Source: Zootoca vivipara (lineage: Eukaryota). Taken from it: DNA of 64,000 bases. The stretch covers positions 113,274,001-113,338,000 of the forward strand of contig NC_083277.1 in assembly GCF_963506605.1 (NCBI RefSeq), read 5' to 3'. Position 1 is the first letter of the stretch. Each line of letters begins with the position of its first letter. Position numbers and translations under genes: made by a program. Shown in pieces: positions 63,702 to 64,000 of the stretch. Under the pieces are notes generated by a model that had not been told where the DNA came from, did no database searches, and worked only from the letters and a program-made list of their open reading frames with translations.

Positions 63702-63744
63702 TTCCCCAGTGGACTTGATTGCTCTTTCTTTCTTTATTTCACTT
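63597..63744. repeat. Perfect 47-bp inverted repeat flanking a (TA)n tract
   Basis: 63597-63643 AAGTGAAATAAAGAAAGAAAGAGCAATCAAGTCCACTGGGGAAAATA is the exact reverse complement of 63698-63744. Confidence 0.95.
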
Positions 63745-63889
63745 ATATATATATTATATATATATATTATATATATTTATATATATATTATATATTATAT
63801 ATATATAATGATTCAAGATGCAATCCTGTCTATACTTCCTGTGTACTTTTTTTTTTTAAAAAAAAAAACTTTCACATAAACATATAGAA

Positions 63890-64000
63890 CAGGGGTCAGC
63901 AAACTTTTTCAGCAAGGGGCCGGTCCACTGTCCCTCAGACCTTGTGGGGGGCCAGACTATATTTTGGGAAAAAAATATGAACGAATTCCTATGCCCCACA
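63890..64000 (+). mobile_element. 5' end of a non-autonomous hAT/Charlie DNA transposon (OC1-like); runs off the window
   Basis: Starts CAGGGGTCAGCAAACTTTTT...GGGGCCGGTCCACTGTCCCTCAGACC...GGGCCAGACTATA; preceded by ATATAGAA, close to the Charlie target consensus NTCTAGAN. Confidence 0.75.

Noticed and set aside
43700-64000. miR-10 family gene and HoxC4 coding sequence
   Set aside because: No ACCCTGTAGA..CGAATTTG mature sequence and no Hox4 ORF found. TACCCTGTGT at ~45655 lacks the rest of the mature sequence and a hairpin. Both are expected downstream of the RARE, beyond the window; the N gaps cannot be inspected.

Overview
A 64-kb slice of a vertebrate HoxC cluster. It holds four intact two-exon homeobox genes on the + strand in canonical order: HoxC9 (CDS 3141-3675 + 5596-5849, 262 aa), HoxC8 (13091-13526 + 15223-15515, 242 aa), HoxC6 (35875-36274 + 37111-37421, 236 aa) and HoxC5 (40984-41512 + 42245-42459, 247 aa). 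About 21.5 kb of HoxC5-HoxC4 intergenic DNA follows, and HoxC4 itself lies beyond the window. Many short MITEs, SINEs and microsatellites inside the cluster point to a squamate, probably a lizard (inference from repeat families recalled from memory). Recognisable non-coding parts include the Hoxc8 early enhancer (~9150-9330), six miR-196 sites in the HoxC8 3'UTR, an orphan promoter with a non-coding first exon between HoxC8 and HoxC6 (~22.7-23.5 kb), a second distal promoter and exon 3' of HoxC5 (~46.6-46.8 kb), two co-oriented CTCF-like motifs and a DR5 retinoic-acid response element (61861-61877). I see no wholly new coding system; the other ORFs in the track are repeat or low-complexity noise. 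The most unusual observations are a 15-Gln tract next to the HoxC5 YPWM motif, a stop-start uORF overlapping the HoxC8 ATG, the variant element A of the Hoxc8 early enhancer, miR-196 seeds in the HoxC6 3'UTR, a 90-bp MITE family with 8-bp TSDs, a four-element insertion hotspot at 52.6-53.3 kb, and a 148-bp fold-back palindrome around a (TA)n tract. All cross-species comparisons are from memory and need alignment to confirm. There are four assembly gaps.
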